DNA of 64,000 nucleotides from Saccharospirillaceae bacterium (lineage in GTDB: Bacteria > Pseudomonadota > Gammaproteobacteria > Pseudomonadales > Oceanobacteraceae). Both the position numbers and the translations under genes were made by a program. Below, one piece after another: positions 28,078-39,200 of this stretch (the stretch's first letter is position 1; each line of letters begins with the position of its first letter). The stretch lies in the NCBI GenBank assembly GCA_021208685.1, contig JAJOJJ010000021.1:46353-110352 (forward strand), read 5' to 3'. The notes below the pieces were generated by a model. The model had not been told where the DNA came from. It saw nothing but the letters and a program-made list of their open reading frames with translations, and did not search any database.

Positions 28078-31059
28078 TTAACGGAAGGTGGAAATCAGGG
28101 TATCAAAGATACTGCGGGCAACCTGTATTACCTGGGCACTGGCGTTGTAGGCCAGTTCGTATTTAATTAATGCCGCTGCTTCTTCATCGAGATTCACACC
28201 CGACAAACTGCTGACGGCACCTGCTGAATTGCGCAGCAGAACTTCACTGGAATCACGGTTAATCTGCGCACGGCTGGTGACGGAGCCAATCTCTTCAACC
28301 AGACGTGAATAAGATTCTGAATAACTGGTATTACCGCCCACAGTATCTTCATTCTGTAATGCTGCCAACGCCACACCATTACGACTGTCTGATGTGCCAT
28401 CGGTATTGAAGCCAACGGTAAATTCATCGCCGCTTTGCACCAGACCACTGATTTCCACATCAAAGCCAAAATGGAGAGGTTCACCCACCGGATTTTCCGG
28501 AAACAGGTTGTTACCCGGTGGCTCAATTGTCAGGCTGTATCCCGGATCAGCAATCACCTTAAGCTGGCCACCCATGGATATTTTTGACGAACCATGCACT
28601 CCGGTTGCATTCATCGGCAGCCTTGGCTGGAAGCTGATGGTGCCGCGCTCATCAATATCAACATCGAGATTTCCGGAAAAATTAAATCCGGCATTTTCCA
28701 GCTGTGTTCGGATGGCATCAACGACCTCTGATCCTGTTGCATAGCTTTCTGTCAGCTCAATATTAAATGTTCCCTGACCGGGGACATCAAACTCATAGGT
28801 ATATGGGCCACCCTCGCTGAAGTCATAACCATCAAATTCTGTCAGCGGGGTAAAAGGTGCTTCTCCGGTTTCACGAAGAATAATATCCTGGCCATTACTG
28901 ACTCTGAAGCCATCACCATTATCACCGGATATCTCCAGATTTATGTCATCGCCATTCAGAGCCGTTATAACCACTTTACCGCCGTCACTGCGGGCTACGA
29001 TTCCTGCATCCTGAAGATCACGATTCGCGTTAATGCGGTCGGCAATAAATTCCGGCGTCATCGGGTCCGGGACTTCTTGCGGGTAATTCGCGTCGTATTT
29101 GGTTTGATTCGGGCCAAGGGTATCCGTCAGCACAATACCATTCAGGCTGAAGGTCAGTGGCTGAAATGAATTGCTGTCGCTGGTGAAATCACTCAGTTCT
29201 ACCGTGGTACGCGCCAGCGCTTCAATGCCTTCGCGTTTACTCAGCTCCGCAGCAATTTCTTTTGCCGAAGCATTGGCTTTGGTAATTAACGTTGGCTGTG
29301 TTGTTACTTTACCGCTGACAGGATCGGTATAGTTGATCGCAATACGCTCGGGAAAGAAGCCATTTTTGGGCGCTATATTGGCCGCTGGCGGTGGTGCCTG
29401 ATAGGTTGTATTAACCGGCAGGTAACCACCAAAGCTGGTAAAGGCAGTTTTACCTTCATCCGCCGGTAAAATCGAATTACTGATACCCGGAACATAAGTC
29501 TGGTTCATTAATGGCGGAAACAGCGGAATCGGTTTTCCCGGATCACTGTTATCCAGTACATCGTACGTGGTTGGTGAGGTAAAGCGAATTAACAATGGTG
29601 GGTTCAACTCACCTTCGCGGGCGAAATATGGCGTATTAATATCGTATACACCGCCTTGCGAAATTGCCGCATTACCCCGGTTGCCAATAGCAGCATCGGT
29701 AACAATAGGGGAAGCAACGGCAACCTGTTCAGGACGGGTAATATTCACATGAAGTCTGGTCGATTCATTGCGCGTCGGCATGATGCGGAAGTCGTCCCCT
29801 TTCTGAAAGCTTCCTGCTTCAAAGCGAACCTCAAAACCATCAACGTCTACAGAATCCGGAAAACTGCCACTTAATGCTCCGCTGCTGACGATTTTATTGT
29901 CATCAAGGCGTTTAATCCGGTAGGTATAATCATCCGGGCCCGGAAATTCCAGTTGGTATTCACTCAGCGTCAGAGCACCCGCATCCTTAATATGAATACT
30001 CAGAAGGCGATCATTGGGGCGTGCGTTCTGGCTGTCACCCAAAGCACGGTTGTAGACTTTTTCAGCGGCGTTAATGTCGGTGAAAAAGTTTTCACCCATT
30101 TTGCCGTCGAAATCGATACCCAGTTTATGCTGATCGTTAAAGGTCTGATTGATGGCCAATGCCAGTCGCCCCATGCCATTCAGCACCGGGTCCAGAACCT
30201 CTTCACGAAACTGTAAAGTGCCCCCTAACTGGCCACCGGTAATTTCCTGGGTTACGTTCTGGACAACATCTTCTTTGCGAAAATAAATATCTTTCCGTGA
30301 GGGGTCTGATGCACCTGCGTCAGCAAATACTTCGTTAAAATCATTACCGATTACCAGTGCCTGACCATTACCGATAAACACATTCCAGACAGAATCGTCC
30401 TGCTCAACCACATTGACTTTTACCAGTTCAGAAAGGTCTTTTACTAATTTATCGCGGGCATCCAGCAGGTCACTGGGTTCAATACCGTTCGCGGAGGCTG
30501 TTGCAAACTGAATTTGCTCATTCAGCTCGGCGATACCTTCTGCAATCGTGGTAATCTGACCAGCCATTACCTCCATCTGGCCATTAATAATTTCGTTCTG
30601 GGCATATAAGCGGTCACTGATTGAAGTAAAACGATCAACCAGACCATTGCTTTCCGAAATCAATACCGCACGGGCGGGTAACGATGAAGGATCATCCACC
30701 ACCGCCTGCAACGACGAAAACATCCGCTCCAGACCTGGCTGAATGCCGGTTCCGGCATCAGCCAGCAAACTGTCTATTTGCTCAGCGTTTAACGCCAGTG
30801 TGTCAAAATCGTTAAACGTTGAAGTATCACGCCAGAGCTGTTCCGTCAGGAACTGATCATAAACACGGTTAACGGTGTCCACATTCACACCTGAGCCAAC
30901 CCAGACGCCACCTTTATTTTGCGGACTGACCGCACTCTGGCCCAACACCTGACGACTGTAACCTTCGGTGCCGGCATTGGTAATATTGTGGCCGGTAACC
31001 GTTAATGCTGTCTGACTTGCCCGCAGACCGGAAATGCCGATTTCGAGAATACTAGCCAT
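28078..31059 (-). CDS. flgK: Hook-associated protein 1, 993 aa
   Basis: TGHNITNAGTEGYSRQ; C-terminal SGVNLDEEAAALIKYELAYNASAQVI. Confidence 0.96.
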   Translation of the reverse strand: MASILEIGISGLRASQTALTVTGHNITNAGTEGYSRQVLGQSAVSPQNKGGVWVGSGVNVDTVNRVYDQFLTEQLWRDTSTFNDFDTLALNAEQIDSLLADAGTGIQPGLERMFSSLQAVVDDPSSLPARAVLISESNGLVDRFTSISDRLYAQNEIINGQMEVMAGQITTIAEGIAELNEQIQFATASANGIEPSDLLDARDKLVKDLSELVKVNVVEQDDSVWNVFIGNGQALVIGNDFNEVFADAGASDPSRKDIYFRKEDVVQNVTQEITGGQLGGTLQFREEVLDPVLNGMGRLALAINQTFNDQHKLGIDFDGKMGENFFTDINAAEKVYNRALGDSQNARPNDRLLSIHIKDAGALTLSEYQLEFPGPDDYTYRIKRLDDNKIVSSGALSGSFPDSVDVDGFEVRFEAGSFQKGDDFRIMPTRNESTRLHVNITRPEQVAVASPIVTDAAIGNRGNAAISQGGVYDINTPYFAREGELNPPLLIRFTSPTTYDVLDNSDPGKPIPLFPPLMNQTYVPGISNSILPADEGKTAFTSFGGYLPVNTTYQAPPPAANIAPKNGFFPERIAINYTDPVSGKVTTQPTLITKANASAKEIAAELSKREGIEALARTTVELSDFTSDSNSFQPLTFSLNGIVLTDTLGPNQTKYDANYPQEVPDPMTPEFIADRINANRDLQDAGIVARSDGGKVVITALNGDDINLEISGDNGDGFRVSNGQDIILRETGEAPFTPLTEFDGYDFSEGGPYTYEFDVPGQGTFNIELTESYATGSEVVDAIRTQLENAGFNFSGNLDVDIDERGTISFQPRLPMNATGVHGSSKISMGGQLKVIADPGYSLTIEPPGNNLFPENPVGEPLHFGFDVEISGLVQSGDEFTVGFNTDGTSDSRNGVALAALQNEDTVGGNTSYSESYSRLVEEIGSVTSRAQINRDSSEVLLRNSAGAVSSLSGVNLDEEAAALIKYELAYNASAQVIQVARSIFDTLISTFR

Positions 31060-32125
31060 CGTTACGGCCTCCGCTCAGTCGTTCTGATGAACGCAATTGT
31101 TCAAGTGCGGAATTCAGCGTTGTACTTTGCGAAATACGCTGAATTTTTGCGCCGTATTGCGGATCGGTTGCATAGCCCGCCTGCTGTAATGCATGGCCAT
31201 AATGGCTGGCGCTCAGGTTCTGACCGATGGCGGATTGATAACGCTCTGTCCCCTGCAGGAAATTGGCGTAATCGCGCAGTCCTTCTTCCATTGAGGTGTA
31301 TGAACGGAATTCAGCCCGTTCTTTAACCGACTGGCCATCACGGAATTCGTGAGTAATCACCTCAACCTTATCCCCCTGCCAGCGCTTATCGGCTTTGATG
31401 CCAAAGAAATTAAAGCTGTTACGCCCCTGCTCATCCGTGATCATGTATTTTCCCCAGCCAGTTTCCAGTGCCGCCTGGGCAACAATGGCTTTCGGTTCAA
31501 CGCCGAGTTCGGCTCCGACTTTTTCAGCCAGCGGATACAAAGCGGCAACGAAGTCAGCAGGGGTGGCAAATTGTTGCCCTTTATTTCCGCTGCCACTGGC
31601 AGCAACCAGAGGTATTTCAATCGTTTTTTCCGCGGCTGCCGGTAATTGGTGTAATTCTGTATCCACTTCATCCATCGTGGCACTCAGGGCGGTGGCCGTC
31701 AGGGGAGAGGTACGGATGTGAGAAGGCTCTGACACGGATAGCGGTGAGCGTGCCCGACGGTCAAACAGCTTGCTTTGATCGAGTTCTTTGGGGCTGTTGT
31801 TATGATCACCATAATTCGCCATCAGCTGACGATAAATCACCTGAGAAAGCCCGGTTCCCTGCTGTCCGGAGAGTGACAGTGCCATCTGGTCGTCGTACAT
31901 TTTCCGGTAAAAATCCGTTTCCGGAGAGTTAAACATTGAATCTTCTTCAAACACTTTATTGGCGTCACGCATAGACGACATCATCATGTTCATAAACATC
32001 GATTCAAACTGTTTTGCGACTTCCATTAACGCAGCGCTTTTATCGTTTTTTCCCAACGTGCGAATGCCCTGCAGGGCATTCAGGTCGGTATAAATCTGGG
32101 CGCTTTGTGGCTGAGTCTGGATCAT
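31052..32125 (-). CDS. flgJ: Rod assembly protein / peptidoglycan hydrolase
   Basis: VAKQFESMF rod-binding domain plus AQAALETGWG, NFFGIKA and GYATDPQY. Confidence 0.95.
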   Translation of the reverse strand: MIQTQPQSAQIYTDLNALQGIRTLGKNDKSAALMEVAKQFESMFMNMMMSSMRDANKVFEEDSMFNSPETDFYRKMYDDQMALSLSGQQGTGLSQVIYRQLMANYGDHNNSPKELDQSKLFDRRARSPLSVSEPSHIRTSPLTATALSATMDEVDTELHQLPAAAEKTIEIPLVAASGSGNKGQQFATPADFVAALYPLAEKVGAELGVEPKAIVAQAALETGWGKYMITDEQGRNSFNFFGIKADKRWQGDKVEVITHEFRDGQSVKERAEFRSYTSMEEGLRDYANFLQGTERYQSAIGQNLSASHYGHALQQAGYATDPQYGAKIQRISQSTTLNSALEQLRSSERLSGGRNDG

Positions 32126-32149
32126 GGCAATCTCCTTTGTTATGGAAAC

Positions 32150-32165
32150 TGCAATATGCTTGCCA
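32150..32165 (-). promoter_or_regulatory. sigma54 promoter of flgJKL
   Basis: TGGCAA-GCATA-TTGCA, followed by an AAAGGAG RBS. Confidence 0.75.
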
Positions 32166-32198
32166 CTATCACCGGTGGGATGTTTCGGTGTATTTCCG

Positions 32199-32370
32199 CA
32201 TCAGCGGTTTTTTTGTTCTCAGGCTCCGCGTGGGAATGCAGCGGGGCGGGCAAAGACTACCACGCAGAGCGTGGGAGCCAGATGGAGCGTGGGAGCCAGA
32301 TGGAGCGTGGGAGCCAGATGTTTTCACATCAGCGTTTTTTGTTCTCAGGCCATGCGTGGAACTGCAGCGG
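32199..32370. repeat. REP-like repeat cluster: three 18-bp tandem copies flanked by a 44-46 bp imperfect direct repeat
   Basis: GAGCGTGGGAGCCAGATG at 32267, 32285 and 32303; CCACGC-AGA-GCGTGG palindrome; CATCAGCG..TTTTGTTCTCAGGC..GCGTGG..TGCAGCGG at 32199-32244 and 32327-32370. Confidence 0.85.
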
Positions 32371-32376
32371 TTTTGA

Positions 32377-32670
32377 TCAGTGCTGCAGGTACTGGCTGGC
32401 TTTGCGCTGGCCGCTCTGACGGCGGCTGATCGCCTTTTGCTCCAGCTGCAGGTCTGTCAGTAATTGCTGTTCTTCCTGCAGAAGCTGTTCAAGAAACAGC
32501 TGCTGCTCATTGGTCAGGTTGATCAGTTCATTGATCTGGCTGAACCATTGCTGCAGTAACCCGTTACGCTGCTGAATCCGTTCCTCAACCCCTTCGCGGA
32601 CGCCCTGACGGATCAGGGAGCGGATTTCCAGCGACAGGTTTCTGACCTGCTCAAACAATTCAGCACTCAT
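32377..32670 (-). CDS. Small helical Q/L/E-rich protein, FliT-like flagellar chaperone
   Basis: 97 aa, all-helical composition, C-terminal RKASQY resembling FliT termini; co-oriented within the flg operon. Confidence 0.6.
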   Translation of the reverse strand: MSAELFEQVRNLSLEIRSLIRQGVREGVEERIQQRNGLLQQWFSQINELINLTNEQQLFLEQLLQEEQQLLTDLQLEQKAISRRQSGQRKASQYLQH

Positions 32671-32698
32671 AAATGTCTGTTCTCATTTTTTATTCGTG

Positions 32699-33796
32699 TC
32701 AGATGACGATCAGCTCAGCTTTCAACGCACCGGCCTGCTTCATCGCTTCAAGAATTGCCATTAAATCCCCCGGCGCAGCCCCCACTTCATTCACGGCTTT
32801 GACAATGCTGTCGAGCGATACTCCGGGACCAAATTTGAACATGCGGCTTTCACCGCCGTTGTCGATATTAATATTGGTCTGCGGCACAACAACAGTCTCA
32901 CCGCCTGCCAGCGCATTAGGCTGTGCAACCTGAAAATCTTCGGTAATGGTGACCACCAGACTGCCATGGGTCACGGCAACCGGTTCAATCATGACATTCT
33001 GCCCCATCACAATGGTCCCGGTACGGGAATTAATAATGACTTTAGCCCGCTCTTTACCGGTTTCAATTTCCAGATTTTCAATAATGGATAAATAACTGAC
33101 CCGCTGACTGGTATCGCGCGGAGCACTCACACGGATGGATGTTGCGTCCAAGGCTTCAGCCGTACCCGGGCCAAGCAAAGTATTAATTCGCTCAACCATC
33201 GCCCGTGCGGTGGTGAAGTCTGGCTGATCAAGGTTAAAAATCAGGCTGTCACCGCGGGAAAAGTGGCTGGGAACGGTTTGCTCCACAGAAGCACCGTTAG
33301 GAATCCGGCCAACGCTGGGAACATTCACGGTAATTTTGGAGCCGTCGTTACCTTCTGCGCCAAAACCACCCACCACCAGATTACCCTGCGCAACGGCGTA
33401 AATATTGCCATCAGCACCTTTCAGCGGGGTAAACATCAGTGCGCCGCCGCGCAGGCTTTTGGCATTCCCCAGAGAGGCAACCGTTACGTCCACCCGCTGG
33501 CCGGGTTTGGCAAAGGCCGGTAATTCTGCGGTCACCGATACTGCCGCTACGTTTTTTAATTTCGGATCAACTCCGGCGGGCAGGGTAATACCGAATTCGG
33601 CCATCATGTTGCGGAATGTCTGGGTGGTGAACGGGGCTTTATCGCCGGTGCCATCCAGACCCACCACCAGACCGTAACCCACCAGCTGATTGGTCCGCAC
33701 ACCGGAAATACTGGTAATGTCTTTAATCCGTTCGGCCTGAACGACGGGGGCTGCCACAACCAACGCCAGCACAAAGGCACTCAGAAAACGTAACAT
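32699..33796 (-). CDS. flgI: Flagellar P-ring protein
   Basis: [22 protein letters not shown] and [15 protein letters not shown]; start at ATG 33796 after AGGAG. Confidence 0.96.
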   Translation of the reverse strand: MLRFLSAFVLALVVAAPVVQAERIKDITSISGVRTNQLVGYGLVVGLDGTGDKAPFTTQTFRNMMAEFGITLPAGVDPKLKNVAAVSVTAELPAFAKPGQRVDVTVASLGNAKSLRGGALMFTPLKGADGNIYAVAQGNLVVGGFGAEGNDGSKITVNVPSVGRIPNGASVEQTVPSHFSRGDSLIFNLDQPDFTTARAMVERINTLLGPGTAEALDATSIRVSAPRDTSQRVSYLSIIENLEIETGKERAKVIINSRTGTIVMGQNVMIEPVAVTHGSLVVTITEDFQVAQPNALAGGETVVVPQTNINIDNGGESRMFKFGPGVSLDSIVKAVNEVGAAPGDLMAILEAMKQAGALKAELIVI

Positions 33797-33816
33797 ATCG
33801 GCGCTCCTCATTCTGT

Positions 33817-34515
33817 TCACAGCGGCCACCAGGGCGAATTAAGAATACGGTCAAACCAGCCCTGCTTGGTGGCATTGTTCAGATTACCGCGACCGCCGAA
33901 GGAAATACGGGCATCGGCCACCTTACTCGATGGTACGGTATTATCCGGCGTAATATCCTGCGGGCGGATTAAACCGCTGATGCGGATATATTCTTCCCCT
34001 TCACTCAGGGTCAGCCATTTTTCACCACGGATGCGTAAAATGCCGTTGGGCATAATTTCCGCCACCGATACGGATATCTGACCACTCAGACTGTTAGAGC
34101 GGTCGGCCTCACCTTTGCCATTAAATTTACGGTCAGCCGAGGTATCCGAATCCAGACCCAGATTTTTCCAGCCCGGTACGGTACCCATCACACTGTTGGG
34201 CACAATGCTGTTGCTGGAGGTTTTATCCGACTTGGTCTGCGCCGATTTTGACGATTGATACTGCTCATCAAAAATCACGGTAATAATATCGCCGACCCGA
34301 CGCGCCTGCTGATCGGTGTACAGACCAAAACTGTAGCGCGCCTGAAATAAAGAGCCATTGGCCATTGGTGGTGGCTGCAGGCTTTCGGCTGATACCGGAG
34401 CATAATCCGGATCATCCGGATATACCTCAGGCTCCAAAGGCACCGAAGTACAGGCCTGCAAGGTCATCAGCATCAGCACAGCCAGGGATAAACGCGATGA
34501 AAACGGCGTATTCAT
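33817..34515 (-). CDS. flgH: Flagellar L-ring lipoprotein
   Basis: Lipobox [12 protein letters not shown] and IRGEKWLTL. Confidence 0.95.
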   Translation of the reverse strand: MNTPFSSRLSLAVLMLMTLQACTSVPLEPEVYPDDPDYAPVSAESLQPPPMANGSLFQARYSFGLYTDQQARRVGDIITVIFDEQYQSSKSAQTKSDKTSSNSIVPNSVMGTVPGWKNLGLDSDTSADRKFNGKGEADRSNSLSGQISVSVAEIMPNGILRIRGEKWLTLSEGEEYIRISGLIRPQDITPDNTVPSSKVADARISFGGRGNLNNATKQGWFDRILNSPWWPL

Positions 34516-34525
34516 AACAACCTCC

Positions 34526-35311
34526 TTACACGTTCTGCGTCAGGAACTGCAGCATCTGGTCGGCAGCAGATACCACTTTCGAATTCATTTCGTAGGAACG
34601 CTGCACCGTGATCATTTTGACCAGCTCTTCCACCACCTCGACGTTGGAATTTTCCAGTGCGCCCTGTTCTACCGTGCCGAATCCATCTTCATTGGGTACA
34701 CCTACCTGCGGGGCACCGCTGGCGGCGGTCTCATAAAATACGTTGCCGCCTACGGCCTGCAAACCCGCCGGGTTAATAAAATCAACGGTTTCAATCTGGC
34801 CCAGTTCCTGTGGCGTCGGGTCACCAAACAGGGTGGCCTGCACAATCCCGTCTTTGCTGACGGTGAGCTGATTGGTCTGCTCCGGAATGGTGATCTGCGG
34901 TTCCAGCGGATAACCGTTCACGTTCACCACGACCCCTTCATTGTTGATATGAAAGGTACCATCACGGGTATAACCGATGGTGCCGTCCGGCATCGCGATC
35001 TGAAAAAATCCGCGACCGTTAATCGCCATATCCAGTGGCTGATCGGTCAGTTGCAGAGAGCCGGTGGTAAAAATCTTTTGCGTACCGGCGGTACGCACCC
35101 CCGTACCCAGCTGCAGGCCGGAAGGCAAACGACTGTCGGCAGACGAGTTGGCACCCGGCTGACGCTGAATCTGGTAGAGCAGGTCTTCAAACACCGCGCG
35201 GTCTTTTTTAAAGCCGGTGGTCGATACGTTGGCCAGGTTGTTGGAAACCGTTGTCAGTGCAAGATCCTGTGCTTCCAGTCCGGTTTTACTTACCCAAAGT
35301 GCATTTAACAT
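34526..35311 (-). CDS. flgG: Distal rod protein
   Basis: NNLANVSTTGFKK, TRDG and LENSNVEVVEEL. Confidence 0.97.
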   Translation of the reverse strand: MLNALWVSKTGLEAQDLALTTVSNNLANVSTTGFKKDRAVFEDLLYQIQRQPGANSSADSRLPSGLQLGTGVRTAGTQKIFTTGSLQLTDQPLDMAINGRGFFQIAMPDGTIGYTRDGTFHINNEGVVVNVNGYPLEPQITIPEQTNQLTVSKDGIVQATLFGDPTPQELGQIETVDFINPAGLQAVGGNVFYETAASGAPQVGVPNEDGFGTVEQGALENSNVEVVEELVKMITVQRSYEMNSKVVSAADQMLQFLTQNV

Positions 35312-35324
35312 AGGTCAGCTCCTG

Positions 35325-36071
35325 TTACTGGTTGGCCAGAATCTGGGTGGTTGCGGCGGTGTTTTCATCCACCCGTTTCATCAGTTTTACCTGCATTTCG
35401 TACTGACGGTTAAGGGCTATCAGGCTGGTGAGCTCGCTGACGGCATTGACGTTGCTGCCTTCAACAAAGCCGTTCACCAGCGTGATATTCGGGTCGGCAA
35501 CCGCTGGCGGTGTGGCCGGATCGCGGAAGCGGAATAAACCGTCTTCGCCTTTTTCCAGTGCCTGCAGATCCGGACGTACCAGCTTCAGCTGCACCGGCTC
35601 GGCCACGGCAGCCGGGTTTTCCCCCAAAGGCTGAATCGTCACGATCCCGGCACGGCTGATTTCAATGCTCTGAAATTCCGGCAGAACCACCGGGCCACCA
35701 TCGCCGATCAGTTGCAGACCGCTGCCATTCACCAGCCGCCCATCAGCGTCAACACTCAGATCCCCGGCACGGGTATAGGCTTCTTTGCCATCCGGCCCCT
35801 GCACGGCAAACCAGCCATCGCCTTCAATGGTGACATCCATGCTGTGCCCGGTTTCCACCAGTGGCCCCTGACGAAAATCACTGGCCGGACGCTCAGTCAT
35901 GGCATAAGCACGGGTGGGAAAGTAATCACCAAATACCCCCATGGCCCGGCTCTGGGTGTAGTCGGAGCGGAAGCCGGTGGTGCTGGCGTTGGCCAGGTTG
36001 TTCGCATGCGCCGCCTGCCCCAGCGTGTTTTGCTTGGCACCCGACATAGCAATGAATAAAGCGCGGTCCAT
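35325..36071 (-). CDS. flgF: Proximal rod protein
   Basis: MDRALFIAMSGA, NNLANASTTGFR and EGSNVNAV; start moved to 36071. Confidence 0.95.
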   Translation of the reverse strand: MDRALFIAMSGAKQNTLGQAAHANNLANASTTGFRSDYTQSRAMGVFGDYFPTRAYAMTERPASDFRQGPLVETGHSMDVTIEGDGWFAVQGPDGKEAYTRAGDLSVDADGRLVNGSGLQLIGDGGPVVLPEFQSIEISRAGIVTIQPLGENPAAVAEPVQLKLVRPDLQALEKGEDGLFRFRDPATPPAVADPNITLVNGFVEGSNVNAVSELTSLIALNRQYEMQVKLMKRVDENTAATTQILANQ

Positions 36072-36134
36072 AATGCTGCCTCTGTTCTTACGGGTAAGGC
36101 GGAAACCCCTTACCGAATGCGTTAACAGGAACAT

Positions 36135-36150
36135 TGCAGAGGGCGTGCCA
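36135..36150 (-). promoter_or_regulatory. sigma54 promoter of flgF operon
   Basis: TGGCAC-GCCCT-CTGCA; IHF-like site TTTCAA-N4-TTA at 36170-36182. Confidence 0.8.
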
Positions 36151-36272
36151 AATCCATAAAAGTTATAACTTTCAATAAGTTATGATTTTTTCGCTGCATC
36201 AGGCGAAGAATGGCGCGGGAAAAACGGCAGCCTCTGCCGCGACAGGGGAAGAGGCTTGCCGCCGGTCGGTCA

Positions 36273-39200
36273 TCAGATATTCAGAATGGTCTGCGTTACC
36301 TGATCGGTGGTTTCAATGGTTTTGGCACTGGCCTGGAAGTTACGCTGGGCAATGATCAGCCCCACCAGCTCTTCCGACAGATCCACGTTGGAATCTTCCA
36401 GCGCCGATGAGCGAACCTGACCAAACGAAGCCGTCCTTGGTGAACCAATGGTCGGATCACCCGATTCAAAAGACTCTGCCCAGGCAGTGTCGCCCAATGG
36501 CGTCAGACCTTCCGGGTTACGGAAGTTTGCCAATGCCACCTGCCCCAGCGTCTGAGCCTGTCCGTTGGTGAAACGGGCAAAAATAATCCCTTCCTGATCC
36601 ACTTCCAGACCGGTCAGACGGCCTGTGGTGTAACCGTTCTGGCTCACTTCGTTGACGGCAAACGCACTGCCGAACTGCGTAGAACCGGTCAGGTCAATCT
36701 GGAAGTTGGAGTTGCTTGGCGGATCGGACAGTGGCAAGCCACCTTCCAGCACGTTCACCGAACTCAGCGCGCCGGTCGGATTGCCATCCACATCCTTTGG
36801 ATCCCAGTTGGTGATATAGATCTGGCCGGTCGATAACGGATCAAAGCTGCCATCCTGATTAAAGAACAGTTCAAAGCGTGCCATGGTTGGCTCAAGATTC
36901 TGCGGGAAGGGCAGAGTCGGGTCCGGATCACCGACATCATAACCATCCACCTGTACATACATCGCCCACAGATTGGCCTCATTCGGCCGGCTCGGATCAA
37001 CCGGCTCCTTAACAAAATACTGCGTCATGACATGGGTATTGCCCAGGCTGTCGTAGATATTCATCGAGGTTGCGTGGTTGTAGGTATCCTGATCTTTCGG
37101 ATCAAAGGCATTCAGGGTGTAAGGGGTAAACTCATCCGGTGTCAGCGCACCGAAAATACCGGATACCACCGGATCAGGCTGGCTCAGGGTGTAGTTCTCA
37201 TTGAGGATAAAGGTCACCACACCGCCTACCGCCGCCGACAGATCGGCGCTGGTACTGCCGCCCAGCACGACCGGCCCGGTGTTGGCCGCCCCCTGCACCA
37301 CCAGCGAGTCAGAGACCACCGGGCTGGCAATGCTGAGTTTAATATCCCGGCCGATTTCGTTGGTGATCACCAGATCACCCGCCGCCGTAATATCGGCATG
37401 GAACCCCGGCAGAGTGGTACCACGGAATGCGTTAATCTCGTCGGCAATGTCAGCCAGCGATGTGGAGGTCAGCACCTGACCGTTCAGCGTAAGGCGCATG
37501 TCATTGCCGGGGCTGTTATAACCCGACAGCGGAATATTCATGGTGGTGAGTGCCGACGCCGTTACGCCTGGCTGCTTATTAAACAAGGCCACAATGGCAT
37601 TGGCTTCACTGCGTTCAGGAATCACGATTTCGGTTTCTTCACCGTCCGGGTTGGTCAGCACCACCGTTTGCTCCGGATATTCGTTGCTGACGCCTTCAAT
37701 ACCGGTGGTCAGCAGCGTACTGTCGGACGGATTAGCCTGTAACAGGCCGTATAAATCGGCGGCGGTAATATCCGGGCCTGAAGCACTGATATTACTGATC
37801 GAGATGATCGATGCTTCACCGGCTTCGGTGGCGCGTAATTCCAGCTGATACTGTGGCGGAACGACATTCGGCTCAATCTCAACCGCCGTCGCCTGTACAC
37901 CGATATAGTTTTCAGAATCCTGGCTGTTCAGCTGACGGTTAATACTGGCCGCCAGTTGCTGCACAGAACGGTATTCTTCATCCAGGGTAATCAACACCGA
38001 ACCGCTGCGGTTCTCGCTATCCGGTGCCGGTACGGTGAGGTTAATACGGAAGCTGTTGGACTTATCCACTTCATCCTCACCGGTCACCACGAACAGGCTG
38101 TCAAAACCGAGTGCAGCCACCGCCTGAGGCTCAGCAACGGTCGGTGTAATCGAAATGCCTTCGCCGGAGCCCACATTGGTATTGGTAAACACCAGCTGAC
38201 CACCGACCGCATCCACGGTGACTTTACCGGCAATGCCGCTGGCGCCGATATACACATCAATCTGTTGCTGAATCGCCACGGCCAGATCATCCAGCGAGGC
38301 ATAACTCGCCGGTGGAATGGTGATATTGAACGGGCCACCACCATTGCCGGTTGTGCTGGTGACTTCTAACTGGAACACGTTATTGGCCTGCACCGGCTCA
38401 ACGCCATTATTGAACCGGTTGCCACTAAGGAAGCCGATGCTGTCGAGCGTCAAACCAACCGAAGAGACCGCATTGGTAGCGATCTGCAGGTAATCGCCCT
38501 GCGTTGCCGGCGCCTGCACCCGGAACTCGATGCGTCCGGCATTATTCACGGCCAGCACTTCTTCGTTACCCGCACCTGCCGTCAGGGTGATCTGAGCATT
38601 AATCTGCGCCACGGCATCGGTAATGTTCAGGGTTGCATAACCGGAACCCGGAGCCGCACCCTGCCAGGCAGCTTCACTCAGGTTGATCTGGTACGTGGCT
38701 CCGGTTTCAGTCGCAATGGTAAAGGCCAGCACATTACCGCCACCGGCACTGATATCCAGCGCGCCATAGAGGTTGCTGGCGGTCAGCTGGGCAAACTGGC
38801 CCGGGTCGGAAGAAACGATGTTCAACGAGGGGGTGGCGGTCGTCCGGGTCGTCGTAGACGTTCCGGGAATACTGCGGAAGTCAGCGGTTAAGGCACCGGA
38901 ACCAACAAACAATAAAGATCCCTGAGTGCCCGCGGTGACGGCACCTGCGGCACCAAAGGCCGCCAGCGTAGCCGAGTTGCTAAAAACAAAACTGGAACCA
39001 TCGGTCGCGCGGTAGCCCGCGCGCTGGAACACCAGGTTACCACTGCCATCCACCGTGGCGGTTAACTGCTGAGACCCCAGCACCGCATCAACGGATTGCT
39101 GTATCAGCGTCAGTGCTTCCGCCTGTGTCGAGCCGGCCGGAATGGCCTGCAGGGTTATGGTCTGAACGCCATTGCCATCCCCCAGATCAACATCAAAGGT

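Noticed and set aside
32267-32320. CRISPR array
   Set aside because: The 18-bp units are contiguous with no spacers, and no cas genes are nearby.
32014-32429. Three plus-strand ORFs with repeated peptides (AWEPDG, SQMERG, WSVGAR)
   Set aside because: Artefacts of an 18-bp repeat whose length is a multiple of three.
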